Assembly (NCBI RefSeq): GCF_036321535.1
Contig: NC_087437.1
Span: forward strand, 102,302,001 to 102,366,000
From: Camelus dromedarius
Lineage: Eukaryota
Length of the DNA stretch: 64,000 nt
Direction of reading: 5' to 3'
Positions 13,228 to 26,455 of this stretch are shown in pieces. The notes under the pieces are model-generated. The model worked only from the letters and a program-made list of their open reading frames with translations, was not told where the DNA came from and ran no database searches. How positions within the stretch are numbered: position 1 is the stretch's first letter; each line of letters opens with the position of its first letter. Made by a program: the position numbers and the translations under genes.

Positions 13228-14463
13228 GGTTCAAACATGTATTTTTTGGGAGAGAAAAAAGAGCTAACTAGCAATATATATTTGGAAAAAAAACTAACTA
13301 GAAAAAACTATTTGAAAATTGTACAGTATAAGGTAATTCGTTTTGAGAATTCTGATAAAAAGGGAGGAAAATAGGCATGCCCTGTTTCAGAGTTTGACCT
13401 GTCTGATTAACATAGTCAATTACATTAGAAAAGGTAGGCCTTTTCAACTACAAATAGTTTCTAGAAGAATTTTATCAGTCTGACATTCTTAAAAGCTAAT
13501 TTGGGTCATATACAACAAAATTTGGCAAATATTCTAGTTTCATATGTCTCTATAAAAGCTCAAAATGTGACATTAACCATCACTCGATAAGTGTGTTTTT
13601 ATGGAGAGTAACATGAATAATGTATACATACTTCTTTTTAATTATCTAGGTTAGTTAAGGGCTAGAAATTTGAAGGCTTAAAGAAATTGAGTTCTTTAAG
13701 ATCTTAAATGTACTGAGCAAGCATTTAGAAAATACAAAGTCACACCTAATTTATGGCTAAATTCTTTGCAAGAGCTTCATATGTCAGTATTCTGTCTTGG
13801 TGAATGAAGTGTAACTCGTGTTCTATAGATGTATGTAGGTGGTATTATTGACATGTGGTTCTGAAATTTTAAGACTTTGACTTGAATTCTCCTTTAGACA
13901 GGTAGCCAGTTCATTTTTACAGGGACATAGGACTCAGGAGTACATGGAGTTAGACAACATATATCACTTTTTCCCCTCAAAAAAGAGTTTTGATTTTAGT
14001 TAAGTACATAGACATATACAATTTGAGATGCATAGTTCAGTCCTGTAAAACTTGTAACAGACTATCTGGAGCTAAAAATATTTAAGCATGGGTGTTATAA
14101 ATTGGCCATTATGTCCTTACAAGTGCAAGATAGTAGTAAAAATCTGCTTTCAAGTAGAAGTAAGTCATGATGGATATTTCAAGATAAATTATCTTCAAAA
14201 TATACTCTTAAGTACCTAAATGAGTTGTCAGTTAGGTGAGAAGACTTAAGAAATTCTACTTACATTTGGCAAATATCGAATTTTTTATTTTTGAATATGT
14301 GCTGCTTGACCTTTGTACGCTAAGTATTTAATTAGAGAGATTTTCCTTAAGATCTCCTTTCTTATAAAATAAAAATGTTTTTGTCAGAATCATGCATATA
14401 CCTTCTTACTATTGTGATAGATTTATATCTAACAATCCTTTTTAACAAACATTTTTAGTATGT

Positions 14464-14515
14464 TTGTGTGTATGTGTATATATATATATATATATATATA
14501 CACATACATACATGT
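14464..14515. repeat. (TG)/(TA)n microsatellite
   Basis: Directly visible tgtgtgtatgtgta(ta)n cacatacata. Confidence 0.9.
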
Positions 14516-15244
14516 ATATTCTTCAAGGGGAAAAAATCATTTTTTCTTTGGGAAATTTCTTTTCATTTTAACGTCTGGAGGGGTCTTTGATTGGCAGGTT
14601 TATTTTTGTTTTTCCCACAATGTCATTTCCATAATATGTGGAAAAACCTAGTCCACAGTGTATGTAACTGCAGGTCATATCCAGTGAATGCAGAGCTGAG
14701 GAAAGGAAACTCCTGGAATGTGTGGGGTTTTTTTTGGTTGGTTGGTTTTTTTCATTCTAGAATAAGATTGTCCTGAAACCCTGCTAAATTTCTGTTCTGT
14801 GCAAAGTTTAATTATAAGAATTACTAAATTTTCTTTCTGAGTCAAAATTAGGACTTTGAATCAAAGACTTCAGACTCATTTCCCATTAAGACAATTATTG
14901 TGCACCCACTGTATGGGAAGAATTGTACTAAGAAATATAAGGAAATGTAAAACAATTCTTAACCATTAAGAATTTGAAGTTAGGTATAGAAAGGAGAAAG
15001 TAAACCCCCCCCCAAAAAAAGTAAATTTGAAAATGTTTGCAGTTGAAGAGAACACGAATTGCCATGGAATCACAGAGATTTCTGTAAAGATGGGTTTCCT
15101 GAGCTAGTGAATTATGTGCCATTCTTTTTTCCCTCCTCAGCTTTTAAAATTGATACATGAACCGATTTTCTCCATTCTTCCTATGTCTTGCATCCTTTGA
15201 ACTTTATTTCATTGTCTTACCTTCCTCATGGTTGTGGATTGTGT

Positions 15245-15472
15245 ATTATTTAAGAGCATGAGCTCGGGAGTCAGATTGCCAGATCTCAAATCATGCCTCT
15301 GTCACTGAACAGATATTTTATTTGAGGAAAGTTGTTTAAATTCTCTGTATTTGGGCTTCCTCAGTACTGAAATATAGCTAAAAAAGAATACCTACTTAAA
15401 AAGTTAAGTCTACAGAAAGTGCATCCTGTAAGCATCCACCAAAATAACTCATATATAGTAAGATTTCTATTA
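15245..15472 (+). mobile_element. MIR SINE
   Basis: ttaagagcatgagctcgggagtcagattgcc followed by a core-like segment and aatacctact. Confidence 0.65.
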
Positions 15473-15509
15473 TTGCTGCAGTTTTTATTTTTTTCTATCA
15501 TACTCTCAG

Positions 15510-16100
15510 ATCCTACCCCTATTTACCCTTTATTCATCAACTGGACTTGTTTTGATAAAATATAAATGTGTTCCTTCTATTTATCTACTTAACAGCTCTA
15601 CAAGAACTCTAATTTGCTTTCAAGATGAGATCCAAATGTATTTTGAGAGCATCCTGAGGACCTTTCTTATATATATAGTTTCATTTCTAGCCACTAATGT
15701 ACCATCTTCCAATCATTGCCTTTTCCTCCCTACTTTTCAAATCCACTCCTGGCACTCACTCCAGATTATGTGCAGAATGAACTTACTTAACATTCAATTC
15801 TTTAAAATAGCAATGCTATACCTCTCTTCTGAGTCTCACACTTGCTGAATTCACATCGCTGCCTCCATTCTCTCTCCACTCAACTCTCTCCCTTCGCCTG
15901 GCAAACTCAGTGTTATCTCCTCCAGTAATCTCTGTCCCAGTTGAACCACTCAACTGCACTGTTTCCTTCGCTGTGTGTGCTTCCTGTGTGAAGCCTGGAC
16001 TACCCTAAACCATAGCATAAAACCACAGCATATTAGTATTTCCAGTTTCCTTGTCTGATGCCTCAGTTCATCATGTGTTCTTTAAAGTCAGAGCTAGAGT
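15510..16100 (+). mobile_element. L2 fragment
   Basis: Degenerate L2 3' region (ttcgcctggcaaactc, ttatctcctccag, tgttctttaaagtcagag). Confidence 0.45.
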
Positions 16101-16625
16101 CACTTTATTATTATATATTAAGCCTAATATATATATTAAATCCTTAAAGTTAATTTAGTTTATATTTAATGGGGTGAGGTGGTATTTTCCTTGAGTTTGA
16201 ACAGAGTACTTCTAGTGAAAACACAGAACAACACAAAACTCAGAAGACTCAGTCAGAAGTTTAAAGCTATGAAAATACATGGGTCACCAAAAAAAAAAAA
16301 AAGAGTCACATTTTCAGAAAGCACAGTATATAGGCACACATTATTATTCTTTTATGTCCTCATTTTTGAAAAATCAAGCCCTACAATTGAATTTTGGAAA
16401 GATATGTATTAAAATTATATGATTGTGTGGAGGGGAAACATGGCATATTGAGAAAATTAAGTCTGCACTGCAAATGTGGTGTACATGATTGGAGTTCTTG
16501 ACATACAGTGGATGGCCTGGGTAACCTTGAGCTTCGTGGTTTATATGATTATTGGTTTCCTCAGTTACACTTTGAGGAAAGTGTCATTTTAAACCTTCAG
16601 CTCTCATACTCCCCAAATTACTGTG

Positions 16626-17035
16626 TGTTATGGGCTGAATTACTCTCCCCAAAAATTCATATGTTGAATCTCTAATCTTCAGTACTTTAGAGTATGACTG
16701 TATCTGGAGATAAGGTCTTTAAAGAGGAGATTAAGTTAGAATGAGGCCTTTAGGGTGACCCCTAATCCAATTTAACTAGTGTCCTTCTAAGAAAAGGAAA
16801 CTTGGTCTCACAAAGGGATAGCAGAGACACGTGCACACAGAGGGAAAAACATGTAAAGACACAGCAAGGAGGTGGCAACCTGCAAGTCAAGAAGAGAGGC
16901 CTCAGAGAAAACCAAATTTGCTGACACCTCTGTTTTGGACTTGTAGTCTGAAGAACTGTGAGAAAAATAAATTTTGATTGTTTAAGGAACCTAGTCTGTG
17001 GTATTTTGTTTTGTCAGCCCTAGTAAACAAATACA
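16626..17035 (+). mobile_element. MLT1A/B (MaLR) solo LTR
   Basis: tgttatgggctgaat ... gccctagtaaacaaataca; aataaa at ~16966; flanks ctgtg/ctgga. Confidence 0.9.
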
Positions 17036-17064
17036 CTGGATAACGTAGTCGATGTCAAGAGTCA

Positions 17065-18143
17065 TCGTGGGCAGAATAAGGGGCCCCCAGCCAATAGATG
17101 TCCACAGTCTACCCCTGGGCCCTATGCATATGTTACCTTACATAGTAGGAGACTGTAGGTATAATTAATGGGAGGGACCCAGTTGTCCCAATCTAACTAC
17201 AGGAGCCTTTAAAATTAGAGAACTTGTTCTGTCTTTGTCAGAGAGCTGAGAGGGAAGAAAGGGGGATTTGATTCAGGGAAGGACTCAGCCTATTGTTACT
17301 GGCTCTGAAGATGGAAGAAAGGAGTCATGAGTCAAAGAATGAAGGCAGCGTCTAGAGACTGAGAGCAGACATCAGCTGACAGCCAGCAAGGAAAAGCTGA
17401 TGTCAGGGAGGAATAAAACTTTTCTCTACCCTTCTTGGTTCTTCTGGCTGCTCTGAGAATTTTATTGACATGAGACAGATGGACAGGAGAAAACCAAATT
17501 TAATTTCTTCCTTACAAGAATCCCACATAAAAGGGTCGGAGACCCTTCTCCCCCATGCATGAGAGGTTCCAAGACAGAAAGGTAAAATCAGTGTCTGTGC
17601 CATCCAGAGATAAGGAATGGGATAGCGGTCTGGGTCTTCCAAGGACAGGAAGGTCATTCACGGGACAAGGAGAAGAACAGATGTCTGGTTATTAGGTGTC
17701 TGCACTGCCACATATATGGGGCCACCTAGATAAAATGTATCTCTGAGAATAACTCTTTTTCTGGGAAAAAGTCCCAATTTAAAGTTTTTCTAGTTGATTA
17801 AGGGAGGAACAGGAGTTTCTCTTGAGCTGCACATTCTGTTGCCTTTAGTTCAAAATAACTCACACACCAAAGTGGTGCATCTTGGAGAAGCCTGTTCTGA
17901 ACCCCTCCAGTGATCTCAGACCTCCAACCGCAAGACACTGAATTTTGTCAACCATCCAAACAAGGAGAAAATGAACTCTCCCCTAGAGCCTCCGGAAAGG
18001 AACTCAGCCCTGACCACCTCTTAATTTGAGTCCAGTGAGACCTATGTCAGACCTCTGGCCTGCAGAACTGTAAGACAGTAAATACACTTTGCCTTAAGCT
18101 ATTTATGGTAAATTTGTTACAGAAGCAAGAGAAAACTAATAAA
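17065..18143 (+). mobile_element. MLT1D/E-type MaLR solo LTR split by a nested LTR
   Basis: gggcagaataag...atatgttaccttacat...gacagccagcaaggaaa, resuming at tctcagacctccaaccgcaag and ending gaaaactaata. Confidence 0.85.
17401..17909 (-). mobile_element. ERV1-type solo LTR nested in MLT1
   Basis: TG...CA termini (tgtcaggg...cccctcca), 4-bp flanks ctga/gtga; cleanly interrupts the MLT1 sequence. Confidence 0.8.
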
Positions 18144-19753
18144 ATGTTCCATTTCATCCAAAATCTTCAGAACAGGACTTCAGTGTGTTTACTGCATGGA
18201 CATTTCCTGACAGCTATGGACTTCCTTTAGTTTTTCCGTTTTCAAATATCAGCCTGAACTGGCATCTTTTACAAACTACTCCATGCACTTGCCACACAGT
18301 CTTTCATCCATGAATAGGCCGTAATTCACCATTATCTTGTTGACAAGGCTATGATTCGTTTCACACATCATTGTTCATTAAAATAATATGTACTTGTGCC
18401 TTGGTTCCATCCCACTTCAGAGTCCACTGCTAACAGATTTATGGTCAATTAATTTCAGTGGATGAAGAGCAGTTGAAAACTATACATGTTTTTTTACCTT
18501 TGTAATTCTTTTATTTTATGAAGTTTAGCACCTATAAAGTAATTTCAATACACTTGTCTTAAAGCTCTATTTTCTAATATTTACTTACAACAGCATTTGG
18601 ACTTATGTGAAAACAGAAAGGCATTTAATTATTGTTAAAGATGAAAGTTGTCTTTTAATTTACGTATTTCAAAACTGTAATCACTTCATTCTTTTTACTT
18701 TAGTATTTCATTTTAAATGCAAAGCATGTATATTACATGTTGACCTAATTTCTCCCTATTTTCAATAATTTTCCAAATACATTTTCTGTGTTTAAGAGGA
18801 AGAATTTCCTGAAGGTCATATAAAAAACATTGGCATTATTTATGAAATCACTGTGCTGTTTATCTACCGTTTTCCAGAAATATTGATCATAATTTTACTT
18901 GATAAAAGAAGAGACCGTTTTATATGATTTTGATCATAGTTTGCTGACACTCTTTCTGTTTAAGTTAAAGCAGAACAAGAGCAGTATTGATCCACAGAGG
19001 TGGAGCCATGAGGCACACAGCACAGGATCCAATGCTGTAAAATTTTGAACTTGAAATGCAACCTCAGTATTGCTGTTTAACAGAGTTCTCCAGGGGAATT
19101 TTAGCTACCTCAACAGCTGGTGGGTGACAAATAGAGCTAAAAATAGACCAAAACGATTTCCTGGTTTCTGAGAGGTCAATTACATTGTCTAAAGTAGAGA
19201 ATTCAACAAGAAGAAATTATTCTCAATGTATGTTTCACAACTATGCAGGAACTGCTTGAAAGTGGGAGAGAATCAAAGAAATGAGATCATAGGTACAAAA
19301 GATTTTAAATTCCATGGGTTTATGAAGCCCAAGTATAAAGCCGTGTATTACATTTCAAGGAAATGCCTTTGGGGGAATTAAAAAAAAAAAAAGATAGGCA
19401 AAGGAGGCTGGGAGGAGGTATTCACTATAGTTTGAATAAAAGGTGAGATATCATAGAATATCAGCATATCAAAAGAGTAGGAAAAATTTTATTTGAAAGT
19501 AAAAACACAAAGTGTAAAACGATACTTGAAATGAACAGCAGAAATTTGCAACTAAAAGGAAAAGTGCCTCAGAATGAAGTATTAAATCTTAGCAGGTGTC
19601 CAACTGTCCTCAGGAAGTTTCAGTTTATGAAGTAGACACAAGTTTTTGGAGGAAAAAATTTTTACTTGGAATTACTTCCTGTTCCTCATCCCTTAAAATA
19701 TAAAATGTCTACTAAAAAGCAGTTTTTTACTTTGTAGCCTATAATCTTGGTTC

Positions 19754-19778
19754 TTTCTCTCTCTCTCTCTCTCTCTCT
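19754..19778. repeat. (CT)n microsatellite
   Basis: Directly visible. Confidence 0.9.
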
Positions 19779-19796
19779 TTTTTAGGGTAAAAATAA

Positions 19797-20439
19797 TGTT
19801 AATGAATTGGTCAACTGGACCTGTGCCAGCACCCTAGCCTGGGCTGAAACTCCCTGTCCTGACCAGGGAGGTTCTGTTTCTGATCAGCTTTGCACAGCCA
19901 GTAACAAAAACAAATGCTGAGACTAGAACAGTGCAGGCTTTATTCAATGGCCAAAGAATGGAGAAGGGGGAACCTAGTTTGCAAATCAATTTCTCAACCC
20001 AATTTGGGTGGAGACACCAAATATATGGCAAGGTGAAAGTAAAAAGGAGGGAATTGGAAAGACTGAGAGGAATATTCATGAGTTATCCAAGAACAGGGGT
20101 GTGGTTTAGACCCAGAGCTGATGTAACTCTCCTTTTCAGCTCTTGTATGGGCTTTTCTGGTTGTTGTCACAGGAATCATCAACTGTCATGGCACTGGTAG
20201 TTGTGTCATTTAGCATGCTAATGCATTACAGTGAGTTAATAAAGAAGCTCAAGGTCACAGACCACTGGAAGGCAAATCCTCTGCCATCTTTGGCCTAGTT
20301 GGTTCTAAGCAGTTCTTGATTCTTACTTATTTATTTATTTTCTCTTTGTAGCTTCCTCCTGAAACTTAGATAAGAGCAACTGGTTTCTATTCAGGTGAGG
20401 GGCAGGGGTATGATCCTGAGGGCAATAGCCTCAGTAACA
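19797..20439 (-). mobile_element. ERV1-type solo LTR
   Basis: Inverted termini TGTTA...TAACA, 4-bp flanks ataa/atag, reverse polyA signal tttatt at ~19939. Confidence 0.8.
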
Positions 20440-20560
20440 ATAGTATTGATCTTTAGAGATCTCAGTAGCTTTTTAGCTTTAAAATATTTCCTCAAAGTCT
20501 GTAAATATGAAAGATACAATGTGTTTATGGACACATGCAGGTCATGTCATATTAAATCAG

Positions 20561-20985
20561 TGTCAAAAGTTCAAAATTAACAGAAGTAAAACCAATGAAT
20601 CACTTTAGTAGTAATTAGTAAAAGTTTATCATGAACACACCAAGAAGACAATTTGCACACTGTGAGCACTCAGATTAAAACTCAGGGTTATAGTGTTATA
20701 TAGAAACTAACATAGTGGGAAGGCAATAACTAAGTTTATTCTTTTCAGTGACTGGTTGTATTATTAGAATTTTCTTAAATAATAAAGAATTGGTTAGTGG
20801 TTACCACATAGCAGTTTAAAAAAGAGTTTAAGTTTTGCTTATGATTTCCAGAGGCATAAGCAAGAAATGCTCTAGGTCAAATTAGTCTTGCAAAATAAGC
20901 TAAATTAAACTTTGCTTATATGACTAATATGCTTTTGTCTGCTTAGAGAATTTTCAAGGCTGGTCTCTGTGTTTTTATTTTAACA
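20561..20985 (-). mobile_element. ERV1-type solo LTR (older)
   Basis: Termini tgtcaaaa...ttttaaca, flanks tcag/tcaa. Confidence 0.6.
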
Positions 20986-21036
20986 TCAACAATAGACATA
21001 TATGTACATTGATATGTATGTGTGTATGTATATTAT

Positions 21037-21485
21037 TGTAAAACAAACAATGTTGCTCACCAACTAATTCTACAAGGATGAAGACATTAGCAACTATAGT
21101 TGCTGACTGAGAGGAAATCAGTATGAGTCTGTGTTTTGGAAAAACAGACCCATCATATAGTTAGATGTATATCTCAGGAAGAATTTTAGTGAACCCAGAT
21201 TCTTGCATTTTCCCATATACATGGAAAAGTGCTAAAATCATTAACTGAGATATCTGTTCCTTGTGACTGGTGGTAACCTTTTACAAAGATGTATACTTGA
21301 TTGTGGGTACTCCCTAACCATAATCATATATATATCAGATATATATTCTGACTTTTCCCCTACTCCTCAAAGCAGTTCTGTCAGAGCTACTGAGAGGCTG
21401 TTTCCTGGGCTATAGTCCTCAGTAAGACATTGAATAAAACTTAGACTCACAGCTCTTACATTGTGTGTTTCTCTTTAAGTTGACA
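21037..21485 (+). mobile_element. ERV1-type solo LTR
   Basis: tgtaaaac...agttgaca with perfect 4-bp TSD TTAT; aataaa at ~21434. Confidence 0.85.
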
Positions 21486-21809
21486 TTATGGTGCTAGACA
21501 GAACAAATCCTGCAGTGACCATCCATGTCACATGACTATAATTAGCATTAAATACACAATTACTCTAATCTGAGACATTTGGTATAAAGCTGTTTGAACC
21601 TATAAAGCCTATTGTGATTCTGTGGAGCATGCACAAAATTCCTTCTCCTTATACTTTTTCTACAAATCATCAGCTAAACTTAAAAATGTTTGACTAAAAT
21701 ATTTATTCATTTCATGAAAGAGTATATCTTATTCTGCTTTAGTTTTTCATTTAAATCACATCATTTAGTTTATGGAAGTGCTGTAATTTCCTTGTCTTCA
21801 GAGACCTAC

Positions 21810-21935
21810 TGCCTGGAGTAGAGTATCATTTGTACTGCTTTCTTTAAGATAATTCTCTGGCAAGTCAACTAAACCTCCCTCTGCCTCAGTTTCCTCTTGT
21901 GTCTAAAGGTACTGTTTGCAGAGATTAAATGATTC
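21810..21935 (+). mobile_element. MIR fragment
   Basis: ggcaagtcaactaaacctccctctgcctcagtttcctc...agattaaatga. Confidence 0.7.
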
Positions 21936-21941
21936 CATCTT

Positions 21942-22492
21942 CTCAGGGAGAAAAAAATACTATTCTTTTACCTTTCTAAGTTCTTGTCTGAGACACCCCC
22001 TGTAATAAGTGACAGATTAATGGGAGAAAAACAAACAAAATTTAATAATATGTATACCTCCTATATATATATATATAGAATGACTCGGGATAAGTGAATA
22101 ACTCCCGCAAATGGCCCAAGCTACCACCTTAAATAACATCTCCAGCTAAAGATAAAAAGAAGAGTTAGGGGTTGGGGAAGACAGTTAGGACAGCTTATCA
22201 GGAAAAGCACAAGCTACAAGGGTATTGTTATGGAAATTTAGGTCATTGCCTTCTCCATTGTTAAGAGTTTCTAGATATTTAGAGTCATCCTTCTCCTCCT
22301 AGTACAGAGAGGAAGACACCCTTACAAATGGAGAGGGTTCTCTTATAAATGTAAATGTCTCTTATAAAAAGGAAGCTTCTACTCAGTTTTCAGATCTTCC
22401 CCTATATCTTTGATTTCTTAAAAATAATCAGCCTAAATTAATCATTATGCCAAAGAGACACATTTTGGAGGTGCTAATTTTGCTTTCCTACA
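21942..22492 (-). mobile_element. ERV1-type solo LTR related to 17401-17909
   Basis: Shares motifs gacagat..a..ggagaaaa and aaaataa....ccaaag...cat.ttgg with that LTR; ends ttcctaca. Confidence 0.7.
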
Positions 22493-22930
22493 ATGTCAGT
22501 CCTTTCTCATCACCTTCAGCAATTGGCAACTGAGCTGATCTTGTGTCATGATAGTTTTGCCTTTTCTAGAATATAATATGTATTCTTTCTTGTCTGTGAA
22601 AAAAGAATATTACCCTTTTTATTTTTTTAAGTTACGTGAATCATACTAAGTTATATATTTAATGAAAATTTTATCTACATTCTGTACCTATCAGTATACT
22701 TACTAAATATGGTTCTTTTAAGAAATTAAAAATTATGAAAGTCGCATGAAAGAGCAGTAGTCACATTTGGATGTGATTTATTACAAATTTTTTAAAAGTA
22801 TTATGACTGTCAAAGAACAGAATTATTAACTCTTTTAAGTGATATATGTTTCTCATTAAAATGAAACAGAATAAAAATCTCACTTAGCTGGATTTTTTGT
22901 TATAGTCCACTTGAACTATCTAAACATCTT

Positions 22931-22988
22931 TGTGGACTTGAAAAAAATGCACAACCTTAGGGCTGTGAGTTGAGTTTATTCAGTGTCT
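22931..22988 (-). mobile_element. ~58-bp terminal fragment of the LTR family at 21037-21485
   Basis: tgtggacttgaaaaaaatgcacaaccttagggctgtgagttgagtttattcagtgtct aligns to the reverse complement of ~21424-21485. Confidence 0.6.
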
Positions 22989-23014
22989 GGGACATGGCGT
23001 TTCAGTGAACAAAA

Positions 23015-23265
23015 GTGTGTGAGATTTTCATAGATGTAAGTTGTCATTTCCCTTAAGTAACTTTCCAGGACTGTAGTGGCTGAGTCATATGGTTAATGCA
23101 TTTTAATTTTTAGAAAATTTCCAAACTATTTTTAAAAGTAATTATACCACTTTAGATTACCACCAGGAAGCATTAGAGTTTCAGTTGCTCTACAGTCTGG
23201 CTGACACTTGATATCAAAAGTATTTTTTTTTTTTGTATTTTTAGTATTTTCTAGTTTTTATAATT
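23015..23265 (-). mobile_element. Old L1M fragment (companion piece at ~22510-22595)
   Basis: tggctgagtcatatggtta...ccaaactattttt...ttataccactttagattaccaccag...gttgctctaca. Confidence 0.7.
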
Positions 23266-25478
23266 GCTATTTATGGTAGGGTCTGCATGTTCTTCCTCCA
23301 ATGTGCCTAGAAATAATCCTATTATAACATTTGAACATATGTTCAAATAATAAATTATAATGTAAAAACAAATAGACCTGCCTTGAGATAAGTACTGCTG
23401 GAAAGACTTCAAAAACTTGTTATTCTAGATGCTGTAAAACATAATAGAAAGAAATAATGCAAAATAAGGACCTATTAATAGAATAATAATTTAACAGGAA
23501 GTAAGATATTTTCATTGTGGCTCTTGATACAATTTTGTTCCATTTTCAGTGCTATAATATGAAGTTATTTAATTTGTGAATGTTAGCAAGAGGCATATTT
23601 CAATTAAAAAATGTAGAATGTTCACAGTGGAATTGCTGGTCTCTAGACAATCCAGAAAATAAACAGTATATAATAATGAAAATAAACAGAAAGTTGAGTC
23701 TGCACGAATCATTTGTTAAGAACGTTGTAAAATAATTTAAGGGGAGAAGGATATGGGTAGAGATAGATGAGGCAAAAAGATCTCCAGTGCCCTTTTCATA
23801 TCTTTTATTTACTTTGTGTTTTGTAATCTATTTTAGATTCTGTTAGGGTAATTCACACACACACACACAAACTGCATAGATGCTTAAGAAAACAAATTAA
23901 GTCCTTACATTAGATTTGAAATAAATATTACTTTATGAATTATAGAAAGAATACAGTTGTTTTATAAAATAAATTCAGTTCCATATTAAAAATTAGTGAA
24001 AGGGATTAGGGAATATGTGAAGGCAGATGTGATGTGAGGGGAAATTAGGAGAGAATAGCAGAACAGACTGATCCAGGAAACAATGAATAATTACAAAATA
24101 TTAATTATGGCTAAATAGTTGGGCAAATAATTATGTCAAATATTGAGGTTTTTTAACTTATACAAATTCAAATACCAGTAATATGCCTGCAGAGAAGAGG
24201 TAGAGTTATATAAAGAGAAAGATAGAGCTAAAAAGAAGAAAATACCAGAAAATGAATGACATTACAGAATAATATGCTTAATATAGACAGATGAACACAG
24301 CATTGGTTTTGGAGGCTGAGAAATTTGGGATTGAATCAGCTATGCCATTTCCTAAATGTGTATTTATTTCAAATCTCTGGATTTAACTTAAATCTCTTGT
24401 CAAATTATGCATACCTAATATTTTTTTTTTCCTGGGTATTAAACATAAAATGTAAGGAATGCAGTTAGAATAATGGGCACTTGTATTTAACATGCAATGC
24501 TAATTTAACATATTTCTTTGGGAGAAATGTCCAGTATATACTCAAAATGCCACACAATGTGTGGACAACTTTGTATAAATAACGTTTGAAGCACACTTTA
24601 AAGGTAATACTATTTTCAATCAATAATTTAGATTTTGTAAATCTTGATCTAGAACCTCTATAAAATATTAACTAAACAACAGCAACAAAAATGAATTATA
24701 TCCACAGTAGAGTACTTACAATGACAGAAAAGAGAATTATACAGACTTCATTCTTAAAATTTACTAAAAATAAGAAAATAACTTTTTTCTCCCTTTCTTC
24801 CTTCCTTCCTCAGTACTAACTTAAATAGAAGTGTTCAGTAATTAAAGATTTATTGTAATGTTTTATAAGTTAATATTTTTACTTAATATAAACCTACTTT
24901 AACCATATATTTTCCTTACAAATCCAGTATAAAATTCAATCAGCATAATTTGGAAGAACCTACAGAAATTTTTGGTACCATAAATTATTTAATCTATTAT
25001 CAACACATGCTAAAATGGCATATTTTATTTTCAGATGTGAGAAAATATCTTGTAAGTCAGAAAAATTTCCAGGAAATAAATCATACTGAAACCTGAAATG
25101 TGGACAAATTTGTACTTTTTCAAGGATGTATACAAAAAATGATGTATACGCTCATTGTATACAATTCTCTCCTTTGTATCATAGAATTCCTAATATTTGT
25201 TATATGAGTAATAAGGCTTTTTACTTTCCACCATAAATATTTTAAATGTTCTTGAAGATAAATGACCAAGTAAAAACTTTATAAACATTGAAGTTTAAAA
25301 ACGATAATCAGTTACCTCTAGTTGTTATGATGATGGATGTGTCCTTGTTCAAAATCATAATCATAAAAGAAATCTTTACTTAAGCTAGTTATATTTTTAA
25401 TATCTTTTAGATACTATTCTAGATATCAAAAGACTAGATATTTAGTCTTTTAAAGTAATAAGTTGAACAAATGCTAAA

Positions 25479-25525
25479 AGTCCTGGGTTCAATCCCCAGT
25501 ACCTCTATTAAAAAAAGAAAGAAAT
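25479..25525 (+). mobile_element. 5'-truncated tRNA-derived (Vic-1-like) SINE
   Basis: gtcctgggttcaatccccagtacctct plus A-rich tail; aagtaataag(t/g)tga repeated on both sides. Confidence 0.75.
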
Positions 25526-25754
25526 CCTTAAGTAATAAGGTGACCATTAGTGTATAAAATAATTAGGATCTATTTAAAATAGATTATTTATAATGATCTA
25601 AATTTTGTACAAAACAATTTATAGTAAATATGTTGTCATGTAAGACAATAAGAACAAGACTTACTAAACTTGAAAATCAAAATTAGTTTATGCATTTTCT
25701 CATAGTTTACACTGTTATACTTAATATGCACAGCTTATATTTCCTTTATATGAG

Positions 25755-25918
25755 TGCGTGTGTGTGTATATATATATAAACATAATTCACATACTTCAGT
25801 GTATACATGTATTATATAATACATGTTTAGTATGTAAATATATAAATGTGTAAGTACTACATAGAGTGTATATATATATATGCTATAAACACTATATATG
25901 GACACTATATGTATATAA
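25755..25918. repeat. TG/TA-rich low-complexity tract
   Basis: Degenerate (TG)n(TA)n runs. Confidence 0.75.
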
Positions 25919-26224
25919 AATTCAAATTTTTGGATAGTGCAGTATATATTAAAGCACTCATGTTAAAGAAGAAACAATGTCTCCATTTTTAGGTGAAAAC
26001 CTTAATTGCAATTTACCAAATTACAATGAATAATTACAAAATATTAATTATAGCTAAATAGTTGGACAAATAATTATATCAAATATTGAGGTTTTTTAAC
26101 TTATACAAATTCAAATACCAAAATATCTGTGAATATCCTGAGGGTTCACAGTAATGTTTAGTGTTAGCATCAGCAATACAAATTTTCCTGCAAGAGTTCC
26201 ATGTCTTGAATCTATCAAAAAAAG

Positions 26225-26455
26225 ACTGTGACTGTTACAACAGGCCTTGGCTACGTGCTGCTGCCTCACTTCTGCCAGTCGTTTGCATATAACCCTGGGC
26301 ACATTTGTTAATTTTTCTAATACTCAGTCTCTTCAATTGTAAAAGAAGTATTAGTACCATCATCCCACAGCTCTGGATGAAGAGGAAGTGCGCAAATGTG
26401 CGTGAAGCTCATAGAACAGTGCCTAGCACGTGGAGAGCTGGCAGTAAATGACAGT
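26225..26455 (+). mobile_element. MIR SINE
   Basis: accctgggcac...ctcagtctcttcaattgtaaaa...agaacagtgcctagcacgt. Confidence 0.75.

Larger units (their letters stand above)
24080..26120 (+). repeat. 98-bp direct repeat pair (24080-24177 and 26023-26120)
   Basis: acaatgaataattacaaaatattaattat...tatacaaattcaaatacca; 95/98 identical, all three differences G/A. Confidence 0.95.

Noticed and set aside
25035..25051. 17-nt exon-like unit (ttttcag|ATGTGAGAAAATATCTT|gtaagt)
   Set aside because: Frame-shifting length, weak exonic donor bases, short pyrimidine tract and no other support; expected by chance in AT-rich DNA.
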